Assembly: GCA_963708295.1 (NCBI GenBank)
Contig: CAVPSJ010000017.1
Coordinates: 160,001-224,000, forward strand
DNA length: 64,000 bases
From: an uncultured delta proteobacterium
GTDB taxonomy: Bacteria > Desulfobacterota > BSN033 > UBA1163
Reading direction: 5' to 3'
Positions 1 to 8,804 of this stretch are shown one piece after another. The first letter of the stretch is position 1, and every line of letters starts with the position of its first letter. The translations under genes and the position numbers were made by a program. The notes beneath the pieces were generated by a model that ran no database searches, was not told where the DNA came from, and saw nothing but the letters and a program-made list of their open reading frames with translations.

Positions 1-940
1 GCGCGATCACCCTTTCTACGGAAGAATGGCTGATGTCACGTTCGTGCCAGAGAGGAATGTTTTCCAAAGCAGCCAGACTGTAAGATCGTACAAGGCGCGC
101 CAAACCCGAGAGGTTTTCCGAGGAGATCGGATTCCTCTTGTGAGGCATGGCGGAGGAACCCTTCTGCCCCTTGGAAAAGAATTCCTCGGCTTCCAGGACC
201 TCGGTTCGCTGAAGGTGTCTGAGTTCGACAGAAAATTTTTCGATCGAAGAGGCAAGGATGGCCAGGGTGGTGAAGAATTCAGCATGATGATCTCTCTGAA
301 CAATCTGGGTTGAGATGGGAGCGGGCTTGAGTCCTAATTTTTCACAGACATACTCCTCGATGAAGGGAGGGATGTGGGCAAATGTTCCCACGGCTCCTGA
401 GATTTTACCGACACTGATAGCCTCTTTTGCCCTCTCCATGCGGACGAGATTTCGTTTCATCTCATCATACCAGAGTGTCATTTTGAGGCCGAAGGTGATG
501 GGCTCCGCATGAATGCCATGAGATCGGCCGATCATGATAGTTTCCTTGTGTTGAAAGGCTTTTTTCTTTAATACCTCCAGAAGGCGCTGGATGTCCTGAA
601 GGATCAGTTCGGAAGCCTTTTTCAAAAGCAGCGCGAGGGAGGTGTCGAGGATATCCGAAGAGGTGAGACCATAATGGAGATATCTCGAAAGGGGACCGAT
701 GAATTCCCCCACATTGGTCAAAAAGGCAAGCACATCGTGCTTTGTCACCTTCTCGATGTCGTCAATGCGATGCGTATCGAAAGAGGCCTTTTCCTTGATC
801 TCTCGGAGGGCTTCTGCCGGAATCTCCCCTAATTGGGAGAGAGCCTCGCAGGCCAGAAGTTCAATTTGGAGCCAGGTTTCAAACTTCCCCTGATCTGTCC
901 AAATTCTCCCCATCTCTGGTCGGGTGTATCTCGGAATCAC
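1..940 (-). CDS. purB: Adenylosuccinate lyase (5' part, runs off the left edge; not in the ORF track)
   Basis: Reverse strand from GTG at 940 reads [13 protein letters not shown]..., with [36 protein letters not shown] and [12 protein letters not shown] motifs. Confidence 0.93.
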   Translation of the reverse strand, partial: MIPRYTRPEMGRIWTDQGKFETWLQIELLACEALSQLGEIPAEALREIKEKASFDTHRIDDIEKVTKHDVLAFLTNVGEFIGPLSRYLHYGLTSSDILDTSLALLLKKASELILQDIQRLLEVLKKKAFQHKETIMIGRSHGIHAEPITFGLKMTLWYDEMKRNLVRMERAKEAISVGKISGAVGTFAHIPPFIEEYVCEKLGLKPAPISTQIVQRDHHAEFFTTLAILASSIEKFSVELRHLQRTEVLEAEEFFSKGQKGSSAMPHKRNPISSENLSGLARLVRSYSLAALENIPLWHERDISHSSVERVIA

Positions 941-1191
941 CTAAGGCTCCTTAGCGAAGTGTATTAAACAATATTACCGAATGGGGTTGAAAAGTCAATG
1001 AAAAACGGGTTGTTAAATATTTGACTCAAACCCCGAGACCCTAGACTTCAGACATTGATATAGGCGTCGCAGGCAGGAAGGGACTGTATCTTTGGCAAAA
1101 ACAAAAGAATCTCAAAGGATTGAAATCGTTACACTAAAAGAGTTTGATGTCTAATGGCATAGGTGTCTGAATTGCGGGGGGTTGCTAATTG

Positions 1192-1220
1192 TTGACAATT
1201 CTTTCGTTCAAATGCATATT
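1192..1220 (+). promoter_or_regulatory. Sigma70-like promoter of map
   Basis: TTGACA-17 nt-CATATT, ending 6 nt before ATG 1227. Confidence 0.45.
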
Positions 1221-1226
1221 ATTCCT

Positions 1227-1973
1227 ATGATTATTATCAAATCTCCCCGGGAGATTGAGCAACTGAAGAAATCCAACGCCATTGTGGCAGAGGTGTTTGA
1301 AAGGGTAAGGGGGATGATTGTTCCCGGGGTCATGACAAAGGAATTAGACCGGGTCGCTGAGGAATATATTCTGCTTAAAGGGGGCCGCCCTGCTTTTAAG
1401 GGGTACAGGGGGTTTCCTGCAACCCTTTGTATCTCGGTCAACGAGGAAGTGGTTCATGGAATTCCGGGCCAGCGCCGGCTGGAAGAAGGGGATATCGTCA
1501 GTCTGGATGTGGGCGTCAATCTGGGGGGTTATTTTGGGGATGCAGCCATGACCCTGCCTGTGGGTCAGGTAGATCCGGAGGCCAAAAGACTCCTTGAAGT
1601 AACGGAAAAGGCTCTGTCTATCGGTATTGAAAAGGCTAGGGTCGGGAATCGACTTTTCGATATTTCCTATGCCATTCAGAGATGGGTGGAATCCCATGGA
1701 TTCTCTGTCGTGAGAGATTTCGTAGGACATGGGATCGGAAGAGATCTCCATGAGGATCCGCAGGTTCCAAATTTTGGCGCCCCCCATCAGGGGCCAAGAT
1801 TGGAGAAAGGCATGGTTTTTGCTTTGGAGCCGATGGTGAACGAGGGAGCCCATGGGGTGAGGGTTCTTTCGGATGGCTGGACGGTTGTGACGGCGGATGG
1901 AAGGCGCTCCGCCCATTTTGAACATACCATTGCCATCTCTGAAGATGGGGCGGAGATACTGAGCGTTCTCTGA
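1227..1973 (+). CDS. map: Methionine aminopeptidase type I
   Basis: IIKSPREIE start; CISVNEEVVHGIP, GHGIG..LHEDP, EPM and SAHFEHT motifs; start placed at ATG 1227. Confidence 0.96.
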   Translation: MIIIKSPREIEQLKKSNAIVAEVFERVRGMIVPGVMTKELDRVAEEYILLKGGRPAFKGYRGFPATLCISVNEEVVHGIPGQRRLEEGDIVSLDVGVNLGGYFGDAAMTLPVGQVDPEAKRLLEVTEKALSIGIEKARVGNRLFDISYAIQRWVESHGFSVVRDFVGHGIGRDLHEDPQVPNFGAPHQGPRLEKGMVFALEPMVNEGAHGVRVLSDGWTVVTADGRRSAHFEHTIAISEDGAEILSVL

Positions 1974-1989
1974 CATAAAACAAGAGATT

Positions 1990-2046
1990 AGAATTTTGAG
2001 GTATGAATTTTGAATTTAATTCAAAACTCAAAGTTCAAAACTCAAC
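1990..2046. repeat. Inverted array of ~7-mer repeats (TTTTGAR / YTCAAAA)
   Basis: ttttgag..ttttgaa followed by ttcaaaactcaaagttcaaaactcaa. Confidence 0.6.
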
Positions 2047-2092
2047 ACCTGGCAATTTTTAAACCATTCTCTCAGCAGAAGCGAGGAAAATA

Positions 2093-3085
2093 ATGTACCG
2101 TGTAGCGAAAGATATGGTCGATTTGGTGGGGGATACGCCCCTCGTGAGGATCAACCACATTGTTCCCAACAAAAAGGTAAAGGTTTATGCAAAACTGGAG
2201 CGTTATAATCCGGCGGGATCTGTGAAGGACCGGATCGCGAAATATATGATTGAATATGGGGAGAAGGAAGGCTTCCTGACGAAGGACAAGATTGTTATTG
2301 AGCCGACGAGCGGAAATACGGGCATTGCCCTGGCCATGGTCTGCGCCGTAAAAGGATACCGGTTGGAATTGGTGATGCCGGAGACGATGAGCATTGAGAG
2401 AAGAAAGATCCTCACCGCCTATGGAGCGAAGATCGTTTTAAGCCAGGGAGCCAGAGGAATGGACGGCGCGATTGATTTAGCTAAAGAGATGGCCAGAGAC
2501 CCTAAATATTATATGCCCCTCCAATTTGAGAATAAGTACAATGTGTTTGCCCATTATGAGACAACGGGTAAAGAGATCTGGAAGGCGACCAAGGGAAAGG
2601 TCAATATGTTTGTCGGAGGGATTGGAACGACCGGGACATTGATGGGTGTCTCGCAGCGACTAAAAGAATACGACCCCGAGATCAAGATTATCGGCGTGGA
2701 GCCCTATCCAAAAACGGGTATCCAGGGGCTCAAGAACCTCAGCTCCCAGTACGTCCCGGAGATTTACGATCCAAGTCGATTGGATGAAAAGATCAATGTG
2801 AAAGATGAGGATGCCTTCGAGATGGCGCGAGTTCTCACGATTCGGGAAGGAATCTTCTGCGGGATCAGCTCCGGGGCCGCGATGTGGGGGACCTTACAAA
2901 AGGCCATGGAATTGGAGAAGGGCGTGATCGTTACCCTCCTGCCGGACGGCGGCGAAAAATACGTAAGTACGCCTCTCTACGAGCCCACCAAATGCTTCGA
3001 ATGCCTGCAGAAGCATCGGGTTCCCACCTGCATGACGGCGGAATATATCACCGCCCTGGAGTGTATGGTGAAAAACGGAGGGTAG
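2093..3085 (+). CDS. cysM: Cysteine synthase (CysK/CysM family) with Cys-rich C-terminal extension
   Basis: KLERYNPAGSVKDR (PLP lysine), EPTSGNTG, GTTGT, GISSGA, PDGGEKY. Confidence 0.9.
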   Translation: MYRVAKDMVDLVGDTPLVRINHIVPNKKVKVYAKLERYNPAGSVKDRIAKYMIEYGEKEGFLTKDKIVIEPTSGNTGIALAMVCAVKGYRLELVMPETMSIERRKILTAYGAKIVLSQGARGMDGAIDLAKEMARDPKYYMPLQFENKYNVFAHYETTGKEIWKATKGKVNMFVGGIGTTGTLMGVSQRLKEYDPEIKIIGVEPYPKTGIQGLKNLSSQYVPEIYDPSRLDEKINVKDEDAFEMARVLTIREGIFCGISSGAAMWGTLQKAMELEKGVIVTLLPDGGEKYVSTPLYEPTKCFECLQKHRVPTCMTAEYITALECMVKNGG

Positions 3086-3095
3086 ACGATCCATC

Positions 3096-3306
3096 AAATC
3101 CCAATGACCAAGCACCAAATCCCAAATAAATTTTCCATGACAGGTTCGTCATCCGCGGACAATGAAAATCCCCCACAATCCCTCTTTGAAAAAGTTATTC
3201 ATTACGTCATTCCGGTGACTCAATTTTCAAGCAATCGAAGCCAATATTCTTCTTTTCGGAAAGTTCGGTCCTTGGAATTTGGTTATTATTTGATGATTGG
3301 CGTTTG
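3096..3306. repeat. Inverted ~7-mer repeat arms (AAATCCC / TTGGAAT-like) between convergent genes
   Basis: aaatcccaatgaccaagcaccaaatcccaaat at the left; ttggaatttggttattatttgatgattggcgtttg at the right. Confidence 0.55.
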
Positions 3307-3318
3307 TAGTTCGGATTT

Positions 3319-3801
3319 TTACAATTTATATTTAAATTTCCTCAAAAGATCTTTTCTCCAGGTAATTCCGTCTTCTTTTTCAATGCCTTTTGGAGAGGAA
3401 CCGTCAATCACACCGAGGACGCCTCTGCCGAGCTCCGACTGGGCCAGAATCACTTCAACAGGGTTTGCTGTGGCACAAAAGACCGTGCAGACCTCCTGAC
3501 ACATCTTCACCGCATTGAGGACATTGATCGGGAAGGCATCCTTCAGAAGGATAACAAAGGTATGGCCTGCGCCGATTTTCAGGGCATTCTTCTTGGCGAC
3601 TTCCTTCAATGCCTCATCGTTTCCCTCGATCCGGACGAGGCAGGCGCCCGAAGCTTCACAGAATCCGATCCCAAATTTAGCGCTGGGAACCGACCCGACC
3701 ATGATTTCATAAAGGTCTTCCACCGTCTTGATGAAGTGGGTCTGACCAAAAATGATGTTGCACCCTTCCGGAATCTCCAATGGCTCCGTCTTGAGTTCCA
3801 T
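3319..3801 (-). CDS. Adenosine-specific kinase family (DUF355) protein
   Basis: GQTHFIKTVEDLYE, FCEASG, GAGHTF, CATANP, RGVLGVIDG motifs. Confidence 0.88.
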   Translation of the reverse strand: MELKTEPLEIPEGCNIIFGQTHFIKTVEDLYEIMVGSVPSAKFGIGFCEASGACLVRIEGNDEALKEVAKKNALKIGAGHTFVILLKDAFPINVLNAVKMCQEVCTVFCATANPVEVILAQSELGRGVLGVIDGSSPKGIEKEDGITWRKDLLRKFKYKL

Positions 3802-3936
3802 GACTTACCTCCTTGAGCATCTCGTAGGTTTTTTTAGTATGGAATGATTGTGTCTTTCAGGCTGAAATTTCTTAATGACGATAGGACGATATCACTACGC
3901 GACTATAGGACCATGTTACTCTTTCACAGCATATCG

Positions 3937-4176
3937 TCACCTGGCCTGATTGTCAACGTATAAAGGGATGTTAGTGTGGTGTTCCCCTCCACCGTGGCGT
4001 TCTCCTCCCTCGTAATGCTCGCCCCACTCCGGACGGTGACCGAACTCGCGGTGACGTTCGCCAGACTCACGATGGTGATGAACATAGGGATAAACAGAAT
4101 GTCCATAGCCATAGTCGTCGTAGTAAGGGTTGTCATAGTAACCATAGGCGGAATAATATCCTGCGCCGGTGAGACT
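3937..4176 (-). pseudogene. Start-less Tyr/Gly/His-rich reading frame (probable gene remnant)
   Basis: Reads SLTGAGYYSAYGYYDNPYYDDYGYGHSVYPYVHHHRESGERH...GGGEHH...*; same frame as comEC, after three stops, no start codon. Confidence 0.45.
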
Positions 4177-4188
4177 TCATCTCTATTC

Positions 4189-6645
4189 TCAGGGTCTCAA
4201 GAAAGGCTTTATTTTAATATCTTTTCCATCCGTAACCACGGTGATTGCACCCTGCCTGTCAGTCCGAAATATCTCCGTGCCCAGTCGTTCATATCTTTTC
4301 AACACGTCTGGATGTGGAAGTCTCCCGATATTTCTTTCGCCTACGCTGAGAATGGCATAAGCAGGCTTTACCTTTTCCAGAAAAAGCGGGGAACTCGAGG
4401 AGGAGCTTCCATGATGGGGGACCTTCAACATATCAGTCTTGAAGGGATAACCTTTTCTCAACATCGATTCCTCCGCTTCCTTTTCAATGTCCCCTGCAAG
4501 AAGCACAGAAACATGTTTGAATTGAAGCTTCAGAACCAGAGAGGAATTGTTCAGGTCCGATGGATTCTGAACTTTTTTTTGCGGTGCTTTTCTTGCCGGT
4601 GGATTTAGAACGGAAATTTCGACTCCCTGGATGGTTTGCGAAGGGGTTTCTTCGCTGAGGGATTGAGTCTTGACGTTCTTCTGTTTCAGGGTCTCCTTCA
4701 GCCGCAGATAAGGCTCAGACGGTGTCTCAAAACCGCTCTCCCAGAATTGCCCAATTGAAAACTGCGAGGCAATAAAATTCAAACCTTTCAAGTGGTCCGG
4801 GTCAGGATGGGTGAGGACAAGCGTGTCGATCCTTCGTATCTTCTTCTTCCAGAGAAACGGCGCAATCACATTCTTCCCCGTATCAAAACGATCCTCGGAA
4901 AGGCCTCCCCCGTCGATCAGCATCTTTTTCCCCTTGGGGAATTCAACCAGAATGGAGTCTCCGTGTCCCACATCGATAAAAGTTAACTTCAAATCTTTCT
5001 GGAATGAATCCTTCAAATTCCAGTAGGCCAGATCACAGGCGAACGCGATGCAGAGCCCTACGAAGAGATAGCGGATTTTTTTGTCTTTTCGAAAACGGGC
5101 CACCAGAAAAAGAAGGGAATAAAAAAGGACAATTTCGAAAACGGTGGGTGTCGAGACATAGAACGAGGCAAACGGCAGGGACGCAAAGAAGGCCAGCACT
5201 CTGAGAAGAATCAGGGTGATGAAACCATTCAAATGGATCAAGAGGGTGGCTAAGGGAAGGAAGAAAAAAGAGATGATGGAGGCGGTGAGACTTAAAGGGA
5301 CGATCAGAAAACCCACCCAGGGGATGACGAAGAGGTTGGTGACAAATCCGATGGGGGCGAAGCGGTTGAAATGGAGGGCCACCCAAGGCGCGGTGCCCAA
5401 GATGGCGACTCCGGTGACGAGAAGTGAGAGCCTTAGATATTTCAAAATATTCTTTTTCCAAGAGGTTTTCAAAAGAAGGGATAATTCGTCCTGTTTAAAC
5501 TCTTGAAGGATATGCGGCACCAGATAGAGGATCGAAAGCACAGCGACGAAGGAGAGCTGGAAGGAAACATCGAAGAGGGAGGGGGGTGAGAAGATGAGGA
5601 TGAGAAAAGCAGCCAGAGCGAGTGTGTGAAGCAGGTTTCTCTCTCGATTCAATAGGATGGAAAAGAGGAAAGTGATCACCATAATGGCCGCCCGGATCAC
5701 GGAAATCCCTCCCCCCGCGATGAACGCATAAAGGACGATACAGGGGATCGTCAGAGCAGCCGCCCACTTTCGAACGGAAATGGAGAGAAGAAGAAATTCC
5801 GAACGCGTTAACATCCAGATCAGCAGAGAGAAAGAAAGGAGGGCAACGATTCCAAATTGATCTCCTGAAATCGCAAGAAGATGGGCTGTCCCGGTAAGGA
5901 TAAAATACTCCTTGATCTCTTCTGGAAGATCACCCTGCTCGCCCAACGCAAGGGCCTTGAATATACCGGAACTGGGAGGGGGGGCTTCCCGGTTTAAAAA
6001 ATCCCGGATGTGATCTCGCCATCGCTCCACCTGGAGAGTCACCGGATTCTTAAATCCCTCCCCCAGTTTCACCCACCCTCCCTCTTCGGACAAGAATCCA
6101 ATCGTGTAGATTCGATCGAGGGCAAGGTGGCGTTCATAGGAAAATCCGCCCGGATTATGAAACCCGCGAGGAGTATAGAGCCTGCATCGAAGCCGAAGGC
6201 GATCTCCCGCTCGAAGCGAAGAGTCTTCTTCTTTGAGGAAGATCAGAAGAAGACCGTTCACGAGGACGGGACGGCCGGATCGAACGATCTTATCTGACCG
6301 GATGAGTAGCTGGGTTCTCCCTCGGGAGTGCTCGGGAGGGGAATCGATGACCCCTTCCAATGAAATTTCTTCTCGGCCGGTGAAGTGAGAGATGTGTGAG
6401 GCGGGGTGTCGGGGAAAGAGATACCCTTGGATGGAAATAATTCCGAGAAGGAAGAAAATGGAGAAGGCCGTCCAAGAGCCGATTCGGGTCCTTTTCGTTG
6501 CGAGAAAAAAAGTCCAAAATCCAATGAGGATGAGGAGGAGAATCCAGCTTTGAGATAGAAAAAGAAAGTCGAAATGACCGAAATAAATACCGGTGGTAAA
6601 GACGATGAAGATCGGAATGAGAGGAAGGCGAAAGGCGCCGCTCAT
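4189..6645 (-). CDS. comEC: DNA internalisation competence protein ComEC/Rec2
   Basis: NPGGFSY, GTAHLLAISG, SFQLSF, and metallo-beta-lactamase domain (DVGHGD, THPDPDH, KVPHHGS). ORF-track extension to 6711 lies in a MITE, so start placed at ATG 6645. Confidence 0.94.
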   Translation of the reverse strand: MSGAFRLPLIPIFIVFTTGIYFGHFDFLFLSQSWILLLILIGFWTFFLATKRTRIGSWTAFSIFFLLGIISIQGYLFPRHPASHISHFTGREEISLEGVIDSPPEHSRGRTQLLIRSDKIVRSGRPVLVNGLLLIFLKEEDSSLRAGDRLRLRCRLYTPRGFHNPGGFSYERHLALDRIYTIGFLSEEGGWVKLGEGFKNPVTLQVERWRDHIRDFLNREAPPPSSGIFKALALGEQGDLPEEIKEYFILTGTAHLLAISGDQFGIVALLSFSLLIWMLTRSEFLLLSISVRKWAAALTIPCIVLYAFIAGGGISVIRAAIMVITFLFSILLNRERNLLHTLALAAFLILIFSPPSLFDVSFQLSFVAVLSILYLVPHILQEFKQDELSLLLKTSWKKNILKYLRLSLLVTGVAILGTAPWVALHFNRFAPIGFVTNLFVIPWVGFLIVPLSLTASIISFFFLPLATLLIHLNGFITLILLRVLAFFASLPFASFYVSTPTVFEIVLFYSLLFLVARFRKDKKIRYLFVGLCIAFACDLAYWNLKDSFQKDLKLTFIDVGHGDSILVEFPKGKKMLIDGGGLSEDRFDTGKNVIAPFLWKKKIRRIDTLVLTHPDPDHLKGLNFIASQFSIGQFWESGFETPSEPYLRLKETLKQKNVKTQSLSEETPSQTIQGVEISVLNPPARKAPQKKVQNPSDLNNSSLVLKLQFKHVSVLLAGDIEKEAEESMLRKGYPFKTDMLKVPHHGSSSSSSPLFLEKVKPAYAILSVGERNIGRLPHPDVLKRYERLGTEIFRTDRQGAITVVTDGKDIKIKPFLRP

Positions 6646-6672
6646 CTCTGCATCGAGAAAATGGATTTTTTT

Positions 6673-6795
6673 AGGCTGCTGAAAAACGCCTATCTGCGGC
6701 GTTTCCCTCATCCCTCGTCGCTGCGGCGTACATCCGAGTACGCCTCACTTCTCGGGATTTCGGGAGCCTTGCATATAGACATTTTTGAGCAGCCT
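6673..6795. mobile_element. ~123-bp MITE-like element, copy 1
   Basis: Terminal inverted repeats AGGCTGCTGAAAAA...TTTTTGAGCAGCCT; central GGCGTAC..GTACGCC hairpin; close homologue at 60520-60641. Confidence 0.8.
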
Positions 6796-6803
6796 CAGGA
6801 AAA

Positions 6804-7961
6804 TCATTTTTTCGGAGATTCTTTAATAGTTAATAATTCTTGGGCTACCATCCACCTCTCCGTCTGGTCGGCCTCTTCAAAAACCTGGGTGACCTTGGCA
6901 TCCCGCATCATGCGTTCCACAGGATAGTCCTTCATATATCCATAACCCCCGAGGATCTGGACGGCATCGGTGGTCACTTTCATGGCGGCTTGGGAGGCAA
7001 AGCATTTTGAGATGGCGGAGAGTTTCCCGACATCTTTATGTTTTTCATCGATCCGGGAAGCTGCCTTATAGACCAGGGAGCGAGCGGCTTCTACCTGGGT
7101 AGCCATGTCTGCGATCATGAATTGAATCGCTTGAAATGAGGAAATGGGCTTTCCGAACTGGATCCTTTCGTTGGCGTAGCGAATGGCGAAATCGAGAGCT
7201 CCCTGAGCGATCCCGACCGCCTGAGCCCCGATGGCCGGTCTCGACCGGCAGAGGGTTTTCGTCGCGATCTCCCAGCCCTCTCCTTCCTCTCCGAGGCGAT
7301 TCTCTTGAGATACCCGGCAATTTTCAAAGACCACATCCGTCGCCACGGAACCCCTCATCCCGATCGTTTCGTCCCTCTCCCCGAAAAGAAGGCCCTCCGT
7401 TCCATCGGGCACGAGAAAAGCAGAAATTCCTTCCAATCCACGCTCCGGCTGGGTCAACGCAAAGACAGAATACCATTTGGCAAGGCTCCCATGCGTGATG
7501 GAGCATTTGCGCCCGGTGATCAGATAATCCTTTCCGATCTTCTCAGCTGTTGTTTTGACGGAGGGGACCTGCAATTCTTCCTCCGATTCGTTTAGCGCAA
7601 AGGCGACGAGGCTGTTTTTCTCGGAAATCTCTGTGAAGCAGAGATCTTGTTGCGAAGGATTCCCGCCTAATAATACAGGAAGCGTGCCGAGCCCGTGAGC
7701 CAGGAGGATGAGAGAGGAGGAGCCGCAAACCTTTGCAATTTCCTCAATGACGATACAAAGGGAGGTCAGGTCTCCATCGGTTCCCCCATAGGATTCAGGG
7801 AGAAGAAGGGAAAGATATCCCTGTTTGCCAAAGGCCTCTACCAAATCGCATGGAAATTCTCCGGTGGCGTCAATCTTCGCCGCCCGGGGTTGGACCATCT
7901 TGAGGGCCGTCTTTTCCGCAGCGGCCCTGATCATTTGTCTTTCTTTTTCTACGTCTTTCAT
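6804..7961 (-). CDS. Acyl-CoA dehydrogenase family protein (some motifs degenerate)
   Basis: ERIQFGKPI, FQAIQFMIADM, AVQILGGYGYMKDYPVERMMRDAK. Confidence 0.92.
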   Translation of the reverse strand: MKDVEKERQMIRAAAEKTALKMVQPRAAKIDATGEFPCDLVEAFGKQGYLSLLLPESYGGTDGDLTSLCIVIEEIAKVCGSSSLILLAHGLGTLPVLLGGNPSQQDLCFTEISEKNSLVAFALNESEEELQVPSVKTTAEKIGKDYLITGRKCSITHGSLAKWYSVFALTQPERGLEGISAFLVPDGTEGLLFGERDETIGMRGSVATDVVFENCRVSQENRLGEEGEGWEIATKTLCRSRPAIGAQAVGIAQGALDFAIRYANERIQFGKPISSFQAIQFMIADMATQVEAARSLVYKAASRIDEKHKDVGKLSAISKCFASQAAMKVTTDAVQILGGYGYMKDYPVERMMRDAKVTQVFEEADQTERWMVAQELLTIKESPKK

Positions 7962-8009
7962 TTTGCTATTTCTTCGGAGAATGGGGGGGTGGATGTTGTA
8001 TAAAGTGTT

Positions 8010-8038
8010 ACGTTAATAGAGTCAATGTTCTTTGTCAA
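8010..8038 (-). promoter_or_regulatory. Sigma70-like promoter for the acyl-CoA dehydrogenase gene
   Basis: Minus strand TTGACA-17 nt-TAACGT. Confidence 0.45.
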
Positions 8039-8051
8039 GCGCAAAGTAAAG

Positions 8052-8495
8052 CTTGCCCTCCCCAGTTTCTAACTCTCTCCGCGAAGGGCCTGGGAAAGCC
8101 CCTCTTCAAGGCTTCATCAGGCCAGACTTGAGATGGATCACGGTGCCATCCCTCGCCAGGACACGAACTCCTGTCTCTCATGGAAATGAATCTGCCCAAC
8201 CGATCAGCGGTATTGGCCAATGAAGCCTTTCCGAAGGGTTCACCCAGGCCGGATTTTTTCAGCACCCTGAGTAGCCCCGGACACAGGCAGGTAGGTTGGA
8301 AAAATTTTAGAGCGGATACCTCTTGGTGCCGAATGAAACTCACCAGTTTCCAACCCCTATCTCAGGTTTGATCCTAATGCTCAGGAGGTAGCCCATGCCA
8401 TGATGACCGCATTCTAAAGTTTTTGAGAGTTGCCTGCCTGCGTCGTTCCCCCTTTTTCATCCCTTGATGATTCAAGAAACTGGGGGTGGGCAAGG
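8052..8495 (+). other. Highly structured non-coding element with terminal inverted repeats and flanking direct repeat (candidate large ncRNA and/or MITE)
   Basis: 8052-8070 pairs with 8475-8494; AAAGTAAAG at 8043-8051 and 8496-8504; many internal stems (see findings). Confidence 0.6.
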
Positions 8496-8530
8496 AAAGT
8501 AAAGGGCAACAAAAATAGCAATAAAAATAG

Positions 8531-8558
8531 TTGACTTTGCCTCGTAAAATAATATAAT
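8531..8558 (+). promoter_or_regulatory. Sigma70-like promoter of the rpsU operon
   Basis: TTGACT-16 nt-TATAAT with an A-rich upstream tract. Confidence 0.65.
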
Positions 8559-8598
8559 TATTAGTTCAAAATGAGTTATGGAAGGAGGGGAAAAATGG

Positions 8599-8802
8599 AT
8601 GCCAGGGATTAGGATTAAGGAAAACGAATCTTTTGAAAATGCACTTAGGCGATTTAAAAAACAGGTAGAAAAAACGGGGATATTGTCCGAGATTCGAAAA
8701 AGGGAACATTATGAGAAGCCCAGTATAAAACGGAAGAAGAAGGCGTTGGCCGCCAAGAAAAGGGCGATGAAGAGAATGAGAAAAATGGTAGATCGGGGAT
8801 AA
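8599..8802 (+). CDS. rpsU: 30S ribosomal protein S21
   Basis: [23 protein letters not shown]; Shine-Dalgarno AAGGAGG upstream. Confidence 0.97.
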   Translation: MPGIRIKENESFENALRRFKKQVEKTGILSEIRKREHYEKPSIKRKKKALAAKKRAMKRMRKMVDRG

Positions 8803-8804
8803 AA

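Noticed and set aside
16-893. Short ORFs listed in the track
   Set aside because: They are shadows of purB, which the track omits because it runs off the window.
1037-1056. 20-bp motif GACCCTAGAC.. with an inverted relative near 37061-37079
   Set aside because: Only two short imperfect copies; cannot be separated from chance or a minor REP family.
3104-3499. 131-aa plus-strand ORF
   Set aside because: Built from heptamer repeats plus the antisense of the DUF355 gene.
4177-4191. Stop-codon readthrough of comEC into the Tyr/His frame
   Set aside because: It would need passage through TGA, TAG and TGA with no recoding signal.
3924-4608. 73-aa and 210-aa ORFs
   Set aside because: Alternative frames of the Tyr/His-rich remnant and antisense of comEC.
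8035-8371. 102-aa and 63-aa ORFs
   Set aside because: No SD or recognisable motif; the pairing pattern explains the region better.
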